IMG/VR virus record: IMGVR_UViG_3300042453_004683
Span: 30,134-94,133 of that record
Length of the DNA: 64,000 nt
DNA from: a virus
Strand: one strand, 5' to 3'
The translations under genes and the position numbers were made by a program. Below, in pieces: positions 26,383 through 36,866 of the stretch (its first letter is position 1; every line of letters starts with the position of its first letter). The notes under the pieces were generated by a model. That model had not been told where the DNA came from, made no database searches, and was given only the letters and a program-made list of their open reading frames with translations.

Positions 26383-28866
26383 ATGAGCAAGACCCTGACC
26401 GCCAGCCTGTCCCGTGCCGTCAACGAGAAGGACGTCGAGAACGCCTACCGCGCGGCCGTCACCGACGTGGTGGGACCGTCCGTCGCCTGGACGTCGCCGC
26501 ACCAGACCGACGGCGTGGCGACCTGGACGACCGCGCCCGCCACCGTCCGGCTGCTGCTGGAGGCGAAGTTCCAGCAGGACCTGAAGTCCCGCGTCGGCGC
26601 GTGCAACGTCCTCGGCCAGATGATCCTCTACCTCAAGCGGTTCGAGGCGGCCGGCGACGCCGTGCCGAACGTGCTCCTGGTCGGCGACAAGGACGAGTGC
26701 TTCGTCCTCTCCACCGACGCCGTGCGCGGCTTCCTGGCCCTCGACATCGACTGGTCCGTGGCGCCCAGCAAGGGCAACCCCGACCTCACCCGCGCGCTCG
26801 TCCAGGGCGTCAACCTCATGCCCTACGTCTACGACACGACCGGCGCCTTCAACTTCCGCGACGTCATCGCCAAGGTCGACGCGCTCGCCCAGGGCGTCGC
26901 GCACCAGGTCCGCGCCACGCCCTCCAACATCAGCGCCATCTTCGCCTACTGGCGTGACCGCGTGTTCCGCAAGGGCGACGGCAAGCACGCGCTCACCGCG
27001 ACCGAGCAGGTCGACGTGTTCCTGCGCTGCCTGTTCCTGCCGACCGACGTGGCGCTGCACCCCACCAAGAAGGGCGTCCTCATCGTCCCTGGCTACCAGG
27101 ACGGCGTGCTCGTGAACGCCGACCAGTACGCATCCTTCTTCAGCCACTTCGTCCAGGGCTACAAGCCCGCCGAGGTCGAGCACTTCTACGCCAACAAGGA
27201 CCGCCTCGTCGACGAGGACGACCGGCGCCGGCAGGGCGCGTTCTTCACGCCCGCGCTGTGGGTCGCGGAGGCGCACCGCGAGATGGACCGCGTGCTTGGC
27301 GAGGGCTGGCGGCGTGACTGCGTGGTGTGGGATCCGGCTGCCGGGACCGCCAACCTCACCCGGGACTACACGGACTGGGGCTGCCTGATCTCCTCGACGG
27401 CTGAGAAGGCCGACGTCAAGGTGATGCGCGAGAACCGCTGGGGCGGGCAGGTGTTCCACTACGACTTCCTGAACGACGACGCGCCCTCGCCGTTCTTCGG
27501 CCCCGACGACGGCGACAACCGCATCCCGTCCGCCGTGGACCGCGTGCTCCGCGAGGCTGCGAAGGCGGGCAAGCGGCTGGTGTTCCTGGCGAACCCGCCG
27601 TACGGTACTGCGGGTGTTCTGGGCAAGGACAGCAAAGAGGGGATTGCGACCAACGCCACGAACGGTCACATGAAGAAGGCAAAGATGGGCAAGGCGGCAA
27701 GCCAGCTCTACGCGCAGTTCATGTTCCGGTTCATGCAGATCGCGCAGCAGTACGGGTTCACGCGCACGACGGTCGGCCTGTTCAGTCCGCTGAACCACAT
27801 GTGCAGCGGCTCCTACGCCAGGTTCCGCCAGTGGTGGTACGCGCGGAACGCCTACCAGGGCGGCTTCATGTTCCAGGCGTCGCACTTCGCCGACGTGTCC
27901 GGCGCGTGGGGCATCTCCTTCACCGTCTGGTCGGAGGGCACGACGCCCCTCAACCGCGACATCGAGATCGACCTGCGTGACGTCGCCGACTTCCAGGTGC
28001 GGAGGATCGGCGGGAAGATGCTCGCCGCCCCTGATGGTCGAGGGGCGACGGACTGGCTGGCTGAAAGTGCTTCAAGCCCCAACGCGGACGCACCAAAGTT
28101 CTCCAGCGGGCTGAACCTGTCCGATGCGTGGGACGGCGGCTGGCGCTCTGACGCGATCTGCGGCTTCGTCGCAAAGGCCAACTGCCCGCAGCAGCAGCAG
28201 ATTGTGTTCTGGCTGTCGGGACCGTTGACCGACAAGCGTACGAAGACGTCGATCGTCTGCGACAACCGGGCGTGGCGCCGTGCCGTCGCCCTGTTCGGTG
28301 CGCGGAAGCTGGTGACCGGCAACTGGATCAACGACAAGGACGAGTACCTCGCCCCCGACGAGGCCGCCGCCGGCTACGACCAGTGGGTCAACGACTGCCA
28401 CATCTACGCCCTGCTCCACCCGTCCAACAACTGCACGGCCATGCGCGACGTGCAGTACAAGGGCAAGTCCTGGCGCATCAAGAACAACTGGTTCTGGCGC
28501 ACCCGCACGGACACGCTCGCCGCCACCAACACCGTCAACACCGGCGGGCTCTACCGCGACGCGCGTGCCGAGAACGAGGACGCCTACTTCGCCAAGGTGA
28601 TCGACGGGCTGGCGCTTAGCGACGACGCCCGGCGCGTCCTCGACCTGGTGGACACGCTCTGGCTCAAGAGCCTCGACGTCAGGGAGGACTTCGCCGCGGG
28701 CCACCCCGACCTCCACCTGATGGCGCACGACGCCGGCGTCTACCAGCTCAAGCAGCTCTGGAAGGCGCTGTACCCGACGGAGTGGGAGGAGATCCGCGCG
28801 GCGCACAAGGCGCTCGCCGACCGCCTCCGGGATGGCGTCTACGACTACGGCTTCCTCCGCCGGTAG
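26383..28866 (+). CDS. fused restriction endonuclease-N6A methyltransferase (type IIG-like)
   Basis: N-terminal TDG...LEAK...QMILY PD-(D/E)XK motif; GAFFTP, WDPAAGTANL, NPPY. Confidence 0.8.
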   Translation: MSKTLTASLSRAVNEKDVENAYRAAVTDVVGPSVAWTSPHQTDGVATWTTAPATVRLLLEAKFQQDLKSRVGACNVLGQMILYLKRFEAAGDAVPNVLLVGDKDECFVLSTDAVRGFLALDIDWSVAPSKGNPDLTRALVQGVNLMPYVYDTTGAFNFRDVIAKVDALAQGVAHQVRATPSNISAIFAYWRDRVFRKGDGKHALTATEQVDVFLRCLFLPTDVALHPTKKGVLIVPGYQDGVLVNADQYASFFSHFVQGYKPAEVEHFYANKDRLVDEDDRRRQGAFFTPALWVAEAHREMDRVLGEGWRRDCVVWDPAAGTANLTRDYTDWGCLISSTAEKADVKVMRENRWGGQVFHYDFLNDDAPSPFFGPDDGDNRIPSAVDRVLREAAKAGKRLVFLANPPYGTAGVLGKDSKEGIATNATNGHMKKAKMGKAASQLYAQFMFRFMQIAQQYGFTRTTVGLFSPLNHMCSGSYARFRQWWYARNAYQGGFMFQASHFADVSGAWGISFTVWSEGTTPLNRDIEIDLRDVADFQVRRIGGKMLAAPDGRGATDWLAESASSPNADAPKFSSGLNLSDAWDGGWRSDAICGFVAKANCPQQQQIVFWLSGPLTDKRTKTSIVCDNRAWRRAVALFGARKLVTGNWINDKDEYLAPDEAAAGYDQWVNDCHIYALLHPSNNCTAMRDVQYKGKSWRIKNNWFWRTRTDTLAATNTVNTGGLYRDARAENEDAYFAKVIDGLALSDDARRVLDLVDTLWLKSLDVREDFAAGHPDLHLMAHDAGVYQLKQLWKALYPTEWEEIRAAHKALADRLRDGVYDYGFLRR

Positions 28867-28959
28867 CTGTTGACGTCGGACGGATCAACAGATACACCAA
28901 CAGTGCCTGGCGCCATCGACGCCGGGCGCCCCCAACCCACCAGCAGGAGAACCACCACC

Positions 28960-29622
28960 ATGTTCCTCAACCCGACCGCGCTCAACAACTTCATGGCCGC
29001 CCTGGCCGACGCCCGCCGCACCATCGAGGAGCGCGCCGTTGCGCTCGGGACGACGCTCAGCGACGACGACCTGAAGGCGCTCGCCACCGGCGGCAGCACC
29101 AACACCGGCTGGCTCGGCAGCATCCCCGTCCACATCCCCGACGGGAAGGGCGGCGCCTACAAGACCGAGTGGACGCTGTTCGACCACCCGCAGATCGGCA
29201 CCGTCAAGCTGAACTTCTGGCACGCGCCCGACCCGCGGCGCATCCCGCACAACCACCCGTGGCGGTACGAGTACCAGTCGTTCGAGTCGCGCATCATCTC
29301 GGGCGGCTTCAAGGAGACGTGCTACCGCGAGTCGCCGACCGGGCTCTACTACTCGTTCGAGAAGTACGTCTACCCGGATGGCCTCTACAACGTGAACTCC
29401 ACTGATGACGGCATCTACCACACCGTCGATGAGGTCGAGCCCGGCACCATCACGCTGATGGTCTGCGGGCCCCGCAAGCCGGAGTGGGGCTACCTCTTGC
29501 TCGGTGAGCGTGATGAGAACGGCTACTTCACCGGCGAGGAGGTCCGCTTCGACGACCCGCGCGTCGCCGACCCGGGCTTCCGCGAGGCGTTCCTGGTGCT
29601 CAACCCGATGAAGCGGAAGTAG
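28960..29622 (+). CDS. cupin-like (HxHPW) metal-binding protein
   Basis: PHNHPW...IISGGFKE...YHTV...TLMVCGP...WGY. Confidence 0.7.
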   Translation: MFLNPTALNNFMAALADARRTIEERAVALGTTLSDDDLKALATGGSTNTGWLGSIPVHIPDGKGGAYKTEWTLFDHPQIGTVKLNFWHAPDPRRIPHNHPWRYEYQSFESRIISGGFKETCYRESPTGLYYSFEKYVYPDGLYNVNSTDDGIYHTVDEVEPGTITLMVCGPRKPEWGYLLLGERDENGYFTGEEVRFDDPRVADPGFREAFLVLNPMKRK

Positions 29623-29872
29623 ATACAGGCCACACACGCGCCAGCGCGTCCAGACGCCGCCAGGCCAGGCCGGGTTCACAGCCCGCCCTGGCCTTCGCCT
29701 TTGGGGCGAGCGCGCCTTCCCGGCCCCGTTCTGTGCAACGGCGGCCCCGTCCTGCCCCGCCCTCGCCCGCCCCTCGCCCGCCCCTCCTGTAGTATTCCAG
29801 GAGCACGGAGGACGACTGCCCCTCGCGAGGTACGGCTGCCGCTCGGACCCACGGTGCCACGCGCCACGTCTC

Positions 29873-30136
29873 TCTCTACGATCTTAGGAGGATAGTGGAT
29901 CAGGCGGTTGTCAACATTCGCCGCTGCCCACGGCGTTCTCATGCGGTCGAGGGCAGTCCTGTACGGTATCAACCCGATACGTTTCGGCCTCCCTTTGGCG
30001 CGTCGCGCATAGTGGATCGGACGCCGAGCCACCATCGTAGCCGACCGGCAACCGGCGAGAACACCGTAACCGCAGGCGAAAGTGGAAACCGTGCGGGCCA
30101 ACATCGCACCGGAAGCGGCTTGCTCCAGCGCGCCGA
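29873..30136 (+). repeat. dispersed modular non-coding element, copy B
   Basis: Box 1 at 29880-29902, box 2 at 29909-29940, inverted box 2 at 30057-30088, box 3 at 30118-30136. Confidence 0.85.
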
Positions 30137-30269
30137 CACGCCATCCGCGAGGAACATCCTTGCACGGTTACGTCCGGCGTGTTACTGGAGGGGCGGCCGC
30201 ATCGTGCGGCATGTTCACCCCCCGCTGCCGGCGCCTCCGCCGCCAGCCCCTTCACACTGGAGACCCGCC

Positions 30270-30626
30270 ATGTCCGACACCGAGACCTCCGCCGTCGACA
30301 CCGAGACCGCCGCCACCTCCACGCGGAAGACGCTCGCCCTGAGCCTCCGCATCCTCGCCCGCGAGCTGGGCGACAACGTGTTCGACATCAACACCGCCGC
30401 CGCCACGCTCAGCATCGGCCGCAACGGCATCAACGCGAAGCTCAACGCGCTGATGCGCTCCGGCGCCGTCGAGCGCGTCGAGCGCGGCCGCTACCGCATC
30501 AGCACCTGCCTCAGCATCGACGAGATCGCCGACGCCCTCGACGCCTCCGACGGCCGCCGGAAGTCCTGGACCGACGAGCGCCGGCAGAAGGCGAGCGAGA
30601 CCCGCAAGGCCCGCAGCGCCGCGTGA
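30270..30626 (+). CDS. winged-HTH DNA-binding protein
   Basis: AAATLSIGRNGINAKLNALMRSGAVERVERGRYRI; NUMOD3-like tail; promoter at 30160-30188. Confidence 0.8.
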   Translation: MSDTETSAVDTETAATSTRKTLALSLRILARELGDNVFDINTAAATLSIGRNGINAKLNALMRSGAVERVERGRYRISTCLSIDEIADALDASDGRRKSWTDERRQKASETRKARSAA

Positions 30627-30662
30627 TGCGAGGTGGCGGGCGTGGAGGTCGCAAGCCCTCCC

Positions 30663-32051
30663 CTACCCGCTGCCGAACAGCGCCCCGCGGAAGCTGTAGC
30701 CGAGGATCGCCGTCTGCCGGCCCCCGATGATGAACTCACGGGCGGTCTGGCAGGCGGCGATCCAGTCGTTTCCGGCGGCGGCGCGCTTGCCCGTGGCGGA
30801 CACGTCCACCAGGACGAGCCCCTCCTCCGCCCACTGGCGGAGCAGGACGTTGGCGTTGTTGCCCGTCTCGCGCGCCCACTGGAGCATCTTCGGCGCGGTG
30901 ACGAACCCGTCCTCGCCAGGCGACACGGGCCACGCCCCAACGAGCGTCTCCTGCCCGCTGTAGCCGAGGCCAAGCACCCGGCTCGGCTGGCTCGCCATCC
31001 AGGACAGCAGGCCCGCGAGGGCGTGCGCGCCCCGGTCTGTGGCGCCCGCGGTCACCGCGACGCAGGACCGCAGCTCCTCGATGAGCGCGAGAGTGTCGAC
31101 GGGAGCAGCGATCGTGGCGTCGGCGTTCACCATCTCGGCTGCCAGCGCGATGAGCGCGGCGTACCGCGCGACCCGCCGGACGGTCGCATCCGTCTCGGCT
31201 GTACCACCGGCAAACACCGTATGCCACTTGGCGAACTGCCCGACCAGGCGGTTGAGCCCGCCGTCCTTCGACCGGACGATGCGAACTGCGGCGACGGCGA
31301 AACGCTGCCCGATGTGCCCGCTGCCGGCGGCGATCTGCACCTTCAGCGCGGCGACGTCCCGGCCGGCCTCGGCGGATACGCCCCCGAAAGGCGACCGCGG
31401 CAGTGGCAGCAGGCGCGCCTTGGCCCCCGTCCGCGTGCGGGTGAGGTTGAGCAGCAGCTCCTCGTTGGTCGAGGCCGCGATGGAGTGCCACTCGCGGACG
31501 CCTCCCGTCGCGTCGTGCGTGAACCTCCCCTCCTGGAAGGCGTACACGAAGTCGAGGAACGTGGCCGCGCCGCCCTTGTCGGTGCGCGCCTGCCCCTCGT
31601 TGACCAGGAGCGGCAGGTTGCGGAGGACGGCCGCGTGCCGGAGGAGCGCCGCGTCCTTGGTGCGCCAGCTCTCGCGGAGGCAGCCGGGCGCGCCCCACAT
31701 GCTCTCCATCGCGGAGAGCGCCACGGTCTTCCCGGTGCCGGACGGTCCGCCGATGTCGAGCACGAAGGGCTCGATGTCCGCCCCGGCCTCGCGGAGCGGC
31801 TCGATGAGGATGGACGCGAGGCTGGCGAGGCACGCGACCTGGAGGCCCGGGTAGCGGCGGACGATCTCCCAGGCGGCGACCGACGCGGACGGGTCGCCCG
31901 TCGGGCGGATCTTGCTGTACGGGAACGTCGACCGCGCCGGCGGGATGAACTTCGGCGCGTGCGGCATCGCCGGTCCGAGGCGAAGCGCGGGCAGCATGAA
32001 GTGGCCGGTCGGCTGGAACCCGTAGTGGTGCGTCTTGCTTTGATCTGCCAT
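30663..32051 (-). CDS. DUF927-type replicative helicase/ATPase
   Basis: GPSGTGKT, SWRT, LPLLVNE, ASTNE and ARLL motifs; possibly leaderless (TATGCT 6 nt before the ATG). Confidence 0.8.
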   Translation of the reverse strand: MADQSKTHHYGFQPTGHFMLPALRLGPAMPHAPKFIPPARSTFPYSKIRPTGDPSASVAAWEIVRRYPGLQVACLASLASILIEPLREAGADIEPFVLDIGGPSGTGKTVALSAMESMWGAPGCLRESWRTKDAALLRHAAVLRNLPLLVNEGQARTDKGGAATFLDFVYAFQEGRFTHDATGGVREWHSIAASTNEELLLNLTRTRTGAKARLLPLPRSPFGGVSAEAGRDVAALKVQIAAGSGHIGQRFAVAAVRIVRSKDGGLNRLVGQFAKWHTVFAGGTAETDATVRRVARYAALIALAAEMVNADATIAAPVDTLALIEELRSCVAVTAGATDRGAHALAGLLSWMASQPSRVLGLGYSGQETLVGAWPVSPGEDGFVTAPKMLQWARETGNNANVLLRQWAEEGLVLVDVSATGKRAAAGNDWIAACQTAREFIIGGRQTAILGYSFRGALFGSG

Positions 32052-32146
32052 ACCCGGAGCATAACCTGTTCGATTGCCCCTTGCACGGTTGGTGGCTTAG
32101 TGGTATGTGATTGGCGGCGGTCCGCTGGCCGCAAGGAGAACAGAGC

Positions 32147-32506
32147 ATGAGCCCTCACCGATCCGATGATCCGCACTACAACTCCGTGGTCTTCGTCAGC
32201 ACGTCACCTTCGAGGATGTGGGGTCTGGACAACTACGCACAAGCGGTCGCGCGTAGACTGCGTGACGCCGGATACGTAGTAGTGCTTGACGAAACGGCGC
32301 CTCAGCCGCGTGGTGTCTGCTACCGCCGCCACAAGAGTCTGCCCCCGCGCCATCGGATCTTGGAGATCCTCCTCGACGAGTTCGAGGCGGGCGTCCATGT
32401 GGTGAACGAGGTCTTCAATGATGGTCACCATCACATCACCATAGGGCACGAGGGCGACTGCCCCAGCGGCGAGCACCATTACATCACCCCTTCCAAGCGT
32501 CGCTAA
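32147..32506 (+). CDS. hypothetical protein
   Basis: AAGGAG RBS; promoter at 32081-32109. Confidence 0.7.
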   Translation: MSPHRSDDPHYNSVVFVSTSPSRMWGLDNYAQAVARRLRDAGYVVVLDETAPQPRGVCYRRHKSLPPRHRILEILLDEFEAGVHVVNEVFNDGHHHITIGHEGDCPSGEHHYITPSKRR

Positions 32507-32517
32507 GGAGAACCACC

Positions 32518-33222
32518 ATGCCCTACAATCGCACCCGCCATCAGGAACTCACCGACGTCCTCAACAATGGTCTCGCCCGCGTGGCTGGACCGCAGCTCGT
32601 GGACGACTTCACGGACTCCTCCGATGAAGCCTTCGCCTCCATGCTGGATGACGTGCTCGACATCATCAAGGACCGCCTCAACAACGGGCGCAACTCGGCC
32701 GTGGTCGACCTCCTGTTCACGCCCGCGAACATCCTCATGGCCGGCCGCCTCGTCGAGGCGCTGGAGGAGCGGGGCTTCTACTGCTCCGACATGCGGCACA
32801 AGAGCGAGGAACTCCGGGCGGACTACCTGACCTTCGAGGCAGTCCTGCTGCCGCTGAAGGAGGAGGCTGTCGATGGGCCGGGCGTGATGGAGGCCCAGAT
32901 GCACGAGGCGGACGTCACCTCCGCAGTGGGCACCACCAACGACATCACGCCCGGGACCGTGGTGAAGGTCTCCTCGCCCAAGGGGTCGCGTCGGGCGGAG
33001 CAGGCGCGAAACGCTCTGCGTACCGCCGGCTACGACGTCATCGCTGATGTGTTTCACCTGACGAACTGCGCGATCCCCGTGCTGGGCTATCGTGAGGGCG
33101 CTCCCGAGGCGGAACGTATCAAGAGGCTTCTCATCGATCTGTTTGGAAGCGCGCGCTCCAATCTCCACAACCCCCGCACGGATCTGACGCCGGACACCTA
33201 CTACGTCCACATCAACGACTGA
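32518..33222 (+). CDS. hypothetical protein
   Basis: AAGGAG RBS. Confidence 0.75.
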   Translation: MPYNRTRHQELTDVLNNGLARVAGPQLVDDFTDSSDEAFASMLDDVLDIIKDRLNNGRNSAVVDLLFTPANILMAGRLVEALEERGFYCSDMRHKSEELRADYLTFEAVLLPLKEEAVDGPGVMEAQMHEADVTSAVGTTNDITPGTVVKVSSPKGSRRAEQARNALRTAGYDVIADVFHLTNCAIPVLGYREGAPEAERIKRLLIDLFGSARSNLHNPRTDLTPDTYYVHIND

Positions 33223-33243
33223 CGCACCAGGACGAACCGCACC

Positions 33244-35220
33244 ATGATCCCCCTCTACGGCAACCCGCACGCGACCTTCACCGTCCGGGCGTCACCGACT
33301 TCGCTGATCGACCTGCGCTCCCTGGTCCCTGGCGTCCTCGTCCACGGCAAGGGCGCCCGGCGGTGGGTCAACGTGACGGCCCTTCGGCCGTGGGATCACC
33401 GTGCGGACGGCCCCGAGCCGTTGACGTCGCGCCTCACGGTCGCGGCGCCTGGCGTCACGCTGATCGAGGGGCACCTCCGCGCCCGCGGCCTCGCCTTCGA
33501 CGTCAAGGTGAGCGGCGACCTGGAGCCGCTGTCCCGCGGCGGCAAGGACGTCAGCGACGCCATCGTCGGCCCGCTCATCGAGCGAGGCCGCACCGGCATC
33601 CGACGTCTCGCGGACGAGGGCTGGGTCCGCACCGGTCTCGCCGAGCGGGTCTACCCGATGCAGGCCGAGTTGGTCGGCCGCATCGAGGGCGGCGCGCGGG
33701 CGCTCCTGCTCGTCTGGCCCGGCGGCTCGGGCAAGACCTGGGCTGCGCTGCTGGCGGCGTTCACGGCGATGTCACTCACCCGGGCGCCCATCGTCTGCGT
33801 CGTCCCCTCGAATGTCCGCCCCGGCTGGGCGCGGGACGCGGCGCGGATCACCGACACGGAGATCCATGTCTGCCTCCCGTCGTCGAAGGGTGGCGGCGCG
33901 ATCGGGCTGCACGCTTACCTGGAGCGGATGGCGGAGGCCGGCCGGCCGCCCATCCTGGTCGTCGGCCAGGAGCACCTCGCGTACTGGATGAACTTCATCC
34001 CCGACGTCAAGCCCGGCGTCGTCATCTTCGACGAGATCGACACCATCGCCAACCGCTCGCTGTACGACGTCAAGTACCGCGCGGACGGCGAGGTCGACAT
34101 CAGCTTCAAGACCACGGCTGGTGGTGTGGCCGCCCGCGGCGCGGCTGCGGTGGCGCTCACCATGCTACCGTCAGTGAAGGTCCGCGTGGGCCTGACCGCC
34201 ACGCCCTTGTGGAACGGCATCCCCGAGAAGCTGTGGGGCGTCGCGCACCTCGTCTGGCCCGGCGTCTTCGGCTTCGGCTTCTACGACTACGGGCTGCGGT
34301 ACTGCGGCGGCGCGGTGCCCGAGGGTGGCTTCGGCGTCACCTACGACAAGCCCACCAACCTCGCCGAGCTGAAGCGGCGGTGTACGTGGTTCGTCCACTA
34401 CGTCTCCTACGCGGAGAGCCACGGACACCTCCAGCCCCTGGTCTACAAGGTGTCCACCGTGCCGGTCGAGGAGCAGGACAAGTCGGTCCGCTTCTCGGAG
34501 GACCTGACCTGGGGGCAGGCCATCAAGGCGGCGGCCAAGGGCGCGGTCACGGATGACACCGGCGCGGTCTACGGCGTCGATGGTGGAGACACCAACCCTG
34601 GGGCGTCCACCTACGAGCTGACCCTCGCGCACGCCTGCGCGCTGAAGCGGTCGGCGGTCGTCGAGCGTGCGGTGTCGACCGCGATGGGCGGCGGCAAGGT
34701 GATCGTGGCGGTCGGCCGCATCGCCGAGGCGCGGGCGTGGACGCTGGCGATCGAGACGGCGCTGACGCGGCGGACGCCGAAGGGCGCGGCGCACCCGCCT
34801 CGGACCTGGATGATGATCGGCGACGGCTCCACCGTCGAGGACCGGATGGCTGCGCTCGACGCCTGGATCGCCTACGAGGGCGGTGCTGTCGGCATCATCA
34901 CCTACCAGGCGATGGGCGCTGGCGTGAACGGGATGCAGGTGGCGGACCACTTCATCATCGCGCAGCTCCCGCCCACCGGGCGCGACCTGGAGCAGCTCAT
35001 CAAGCGCGCCGACCGCGCCGACCGGAAGAAGTCGATCTTGTTGGAGATCGTGATCGCCGAGAACACCCGCGAGGTCGACCACCTGAAGCGGCAGGCGGAG
35101 AACTACAAGGCGTTCGCCGCGTTCCTGGGCGACGCCAACTTCGAGGCGGTCGCCGACATCCTGGCGCCGAAGCGGTCGTACGAGGAAACATTGAGCAGCT
35201 TCCTTGACGGCCTGTTCTAA
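33244..35220 (+). CDS. superfamily 2 (SNF2-like) helicase
   Basis: GSGKT, FDEID, LTATP, GAGVNG, QLIKRADR. Confidence 0.85.
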   Translation: MIPLYGNPHATFTVRASPTSLIDLRSLVPGVLVHGKGARRWVNVTALRPWDHRADGPEPLTSRLTVAAPGVTLIEGHLRARGLAFDVKVSGDLEPLSRGGKDVSDAIVGPLIERGRTGIRRLADEGWVRTGLAERVYPMQAELVGRIEGGARALLLVWPGGSGKTWAALLAAFTAMSLTRAPIVCVVPSNVRPGWARDAARITDTEIHVCLPSSKGGGAIGLHAYLERMAEAGRPPILVVGQEHLAYWMNFIPDVKPGVVIFDEIDTIANRSLYDVKYRADGEVDISFKTTAGGVAARGAAAVALTMLPSVKVRVGLTATPLWNGIPEKLWGVAHLVWPGVFGFGFYDYGLRYCGGAVPEGGFGVTYDKPTNLAELKRRCTWFVHYVSYAESHGHLQPLVYKVSTVPVEEQDKSVRFSEDLTWGQAIKAAAKGAVTDDTGAVYGVDGGDTNPGASTYELTLAHACALKRSAVVERAVSTAMGGGKVIVAVGRIAEARAWTLAIETALTRRTPKGAAHPPRTWMMIGDGSTVEDRMAALDAWIAYEGGAVGIITYQAMGAGVNGMQVADHFIIAQLPPTGRDLEQLIKRADRADRKKSILLEIVIAENTREVDHLKRQAENYKAFAAFLGDANFEAVADILAPKRSYEETLSSFLDGLF

Positions 35221-35288
35221 CCGAGGTACTTGTGTGGAGCCGGCGCTGATGGTGCCGGCGGCGAGAGACACCAACCAGGAGGTACCCA

Positions 35289-35780
35289 GTGACCAGTGAC
35301 GAGATCCGCGAGAGGGCGCGTATGCACCGCATCATCGCCGACCTGATGGACGAGGTGGTCGACCTGCGCGCCAAGTACTCGGCGATGTGCAGCGACGCGG
35401 GCGACGCCATCGCGAAGCAGCGCGCCGCCGAGCAGGCGCTGGAGCGCGAGCGCGCCGCAGTCGTGCGCATGGACAAGGAGATCGCCGACTGGACGTGGAT
35501 CTGCGACCAGCGCGATGCGGCACGCAACCGCGCCGACGCCGCCGAGGATCGCGTCGCCGAGTTGGAGGCCGCCGCCGAGAGCGCCGTCCTCGCCGCCATC
35601 CCCGGCATCATGGCGAAGGTCGCCAAGCGCATCGACCTGGCGTGCATCGCGGAGACGTGCGAGGGGCACCTGCCCTACGCCGAGAGGACCGGCTTCGCCA
35701 TCGCCAACCGAGCGGCCATCGCCGCCGTCGAGTACCTGAGCGAGCACCCGAAGGACGCGCTGCCCGAGGGCACCCCATGA
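35289..35780 (+). CDS. coiled-coil hypothetical protein
   Basis: AGGAGG RBS; promoter at 35204-35232. Confidence 0.7.
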   Translation: MTSDEIRERARMHRIIADLMDEVVDLRAKYSAMCSDAGDAIAKQRAAEQALERERAAVVRMDKEIADWTWICDQRDAARNRADAAEDRVAELEAAAESAVLAAIPGIMAKVAKRIDLACIAETCEGHLPYAERTGFAIANRAAIAAVEYLSEHPKDALPEGTP

Positions 35781-36853
35781 CCAACTTCTTCGACAAGATG
35801 CGTGCGCGGATCGTCGAGCCCGACATCGCGCAGCACGCCGGCGCTGTCGGAGCCGGCACCACCGTGCTCAACGCCTCCACCAGCCTCCGCGGCTGGTCCT
35901 ACTACGGCCCGTTCATGGCCTGCCCGTACCTGTGGGCGATGACGCGGCTCGGCGGCGCGCGGGAGGAGGAGACGACGCCGCTCGCCCGCGGGAGCATGGG
36001 CCACCTGCTCCTCGCCCACCTCGCCATCCACGAGGAGGCCGAGAAGAACATCGGCCCTGTTCGTGCGAACAACGTGCTCGTCGGCGCGGCGGAGGCGGCG
36101 GACTACGCCTCGCCCGTGGCCGCGCTGCGGACGGCGAGCAAGGGCAACCCCGCGTGGAGCCGCGAACTGGTCCACATGCTCCGCGTGTTCGACGGCTACC
36201 TCCGCACGCGCGAGCTGCCCGAACACAACACCATCGAGGTCGAGAGCGAGCTGGTCGGCGTCGTCGGCACCCGCGGCAAGCGCCCCGGGCTCTACCTGGT
36301 CGCGCCGTCCGAGTGGGACGCGCTGAAGGCGGGCGCGCCGCTCGACCGCTACCGCGCCTTCGACGGCGGCACCATCGAGGTCGCCCCCGAGCAGCGGGCC
36401 GGCGGCAAGACCGTCTACATCTCGCGGCGGCTGGACGCGGTGTGGCTCACGCCCGATGGCGTCGAGGTCGTCGACCACAAGCACAAGTCGAAGATCCACG
36501 GCGCGACCGCGGTGTCCGGCTACCTCACCGACGGCGGCTTCACCGCGATGGCGGTCCTGGCGGCGCAGGCGTGGCCCGACCGCTTCCGGTCGATCACGCT
36601 CAACCTGGTTAGCACCAACGACGACAACCTCGGCCACAACCGGATCGTGCGCCTGCCGCGCGACCCGCAGCAGGAGGCCCGGTTCTGGCGCGACCTGCTG
36701 ATGACGGCCGTCCAGATGGAGGCCGTGGCGGCCGTGGCGGCGCGCCCCGACGACTACCCGCGGAAGCGGTTGGAGGAGGTTGGCGGCGCGTGCAACTCGC
36801 GTTATGGGCGCTGCGGTCTGTACGACCGCTGCCACCCAATCAAGACGCCATAG
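35777..36853 (+). CDS. Cas4/RecB-like PD-(D/E)XK exonuclease with an Fe-S staple
   Basis: CP, RGSMGH, RLDAV, VVDHK, and three C-terminal Cys. Confidence 0.85.
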   Translation: MTNFFDKMRARIVEPDIAQHAGAVGAGTTVLNASTSLRGWSYYGPFMACPYLWAMTRLGGAREEETTPLARGSMGHLLLAHLAIHEEAEKNIGPVRANNVLVGAAEAADYASPVAALRTASKGNPAWSRELVHMLRVFDGYLRTRELPEHNTIEVESELVGVVGTRGKRPGLYLVAPSEWDALKAGAPLDRYRAFDGGTIEVAPEQRAGGKTVYISRRLDAVWLTPDGVEVVDHKHKSKIHGATAVSGYLTDGGFTAMAVLAAQAWPDRFRSITLNLVSTNDDNLGHNRIVRLPRDPQQEARFWRDLLMTAVQMEAVAAVAARPDDYPRKRLEEVGGACNSRYGRCGLYDRCHPIKTP

Positions 36854-36866
36854 GAGGGCAACGCCG

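Noticed and set aside
29623-30269. tRNA or tmRNA in the long intergenic gap
   Set aside because: No cloverleaf or T-loop GTTCRA motif found; the gap is partly explained by element copy B
35777-36853. Cas4 as evidence of a CRISPR-Cas system
   Set aside because: The exonuclease-Sak4-SSB context marks it as a phage recombination nuclease
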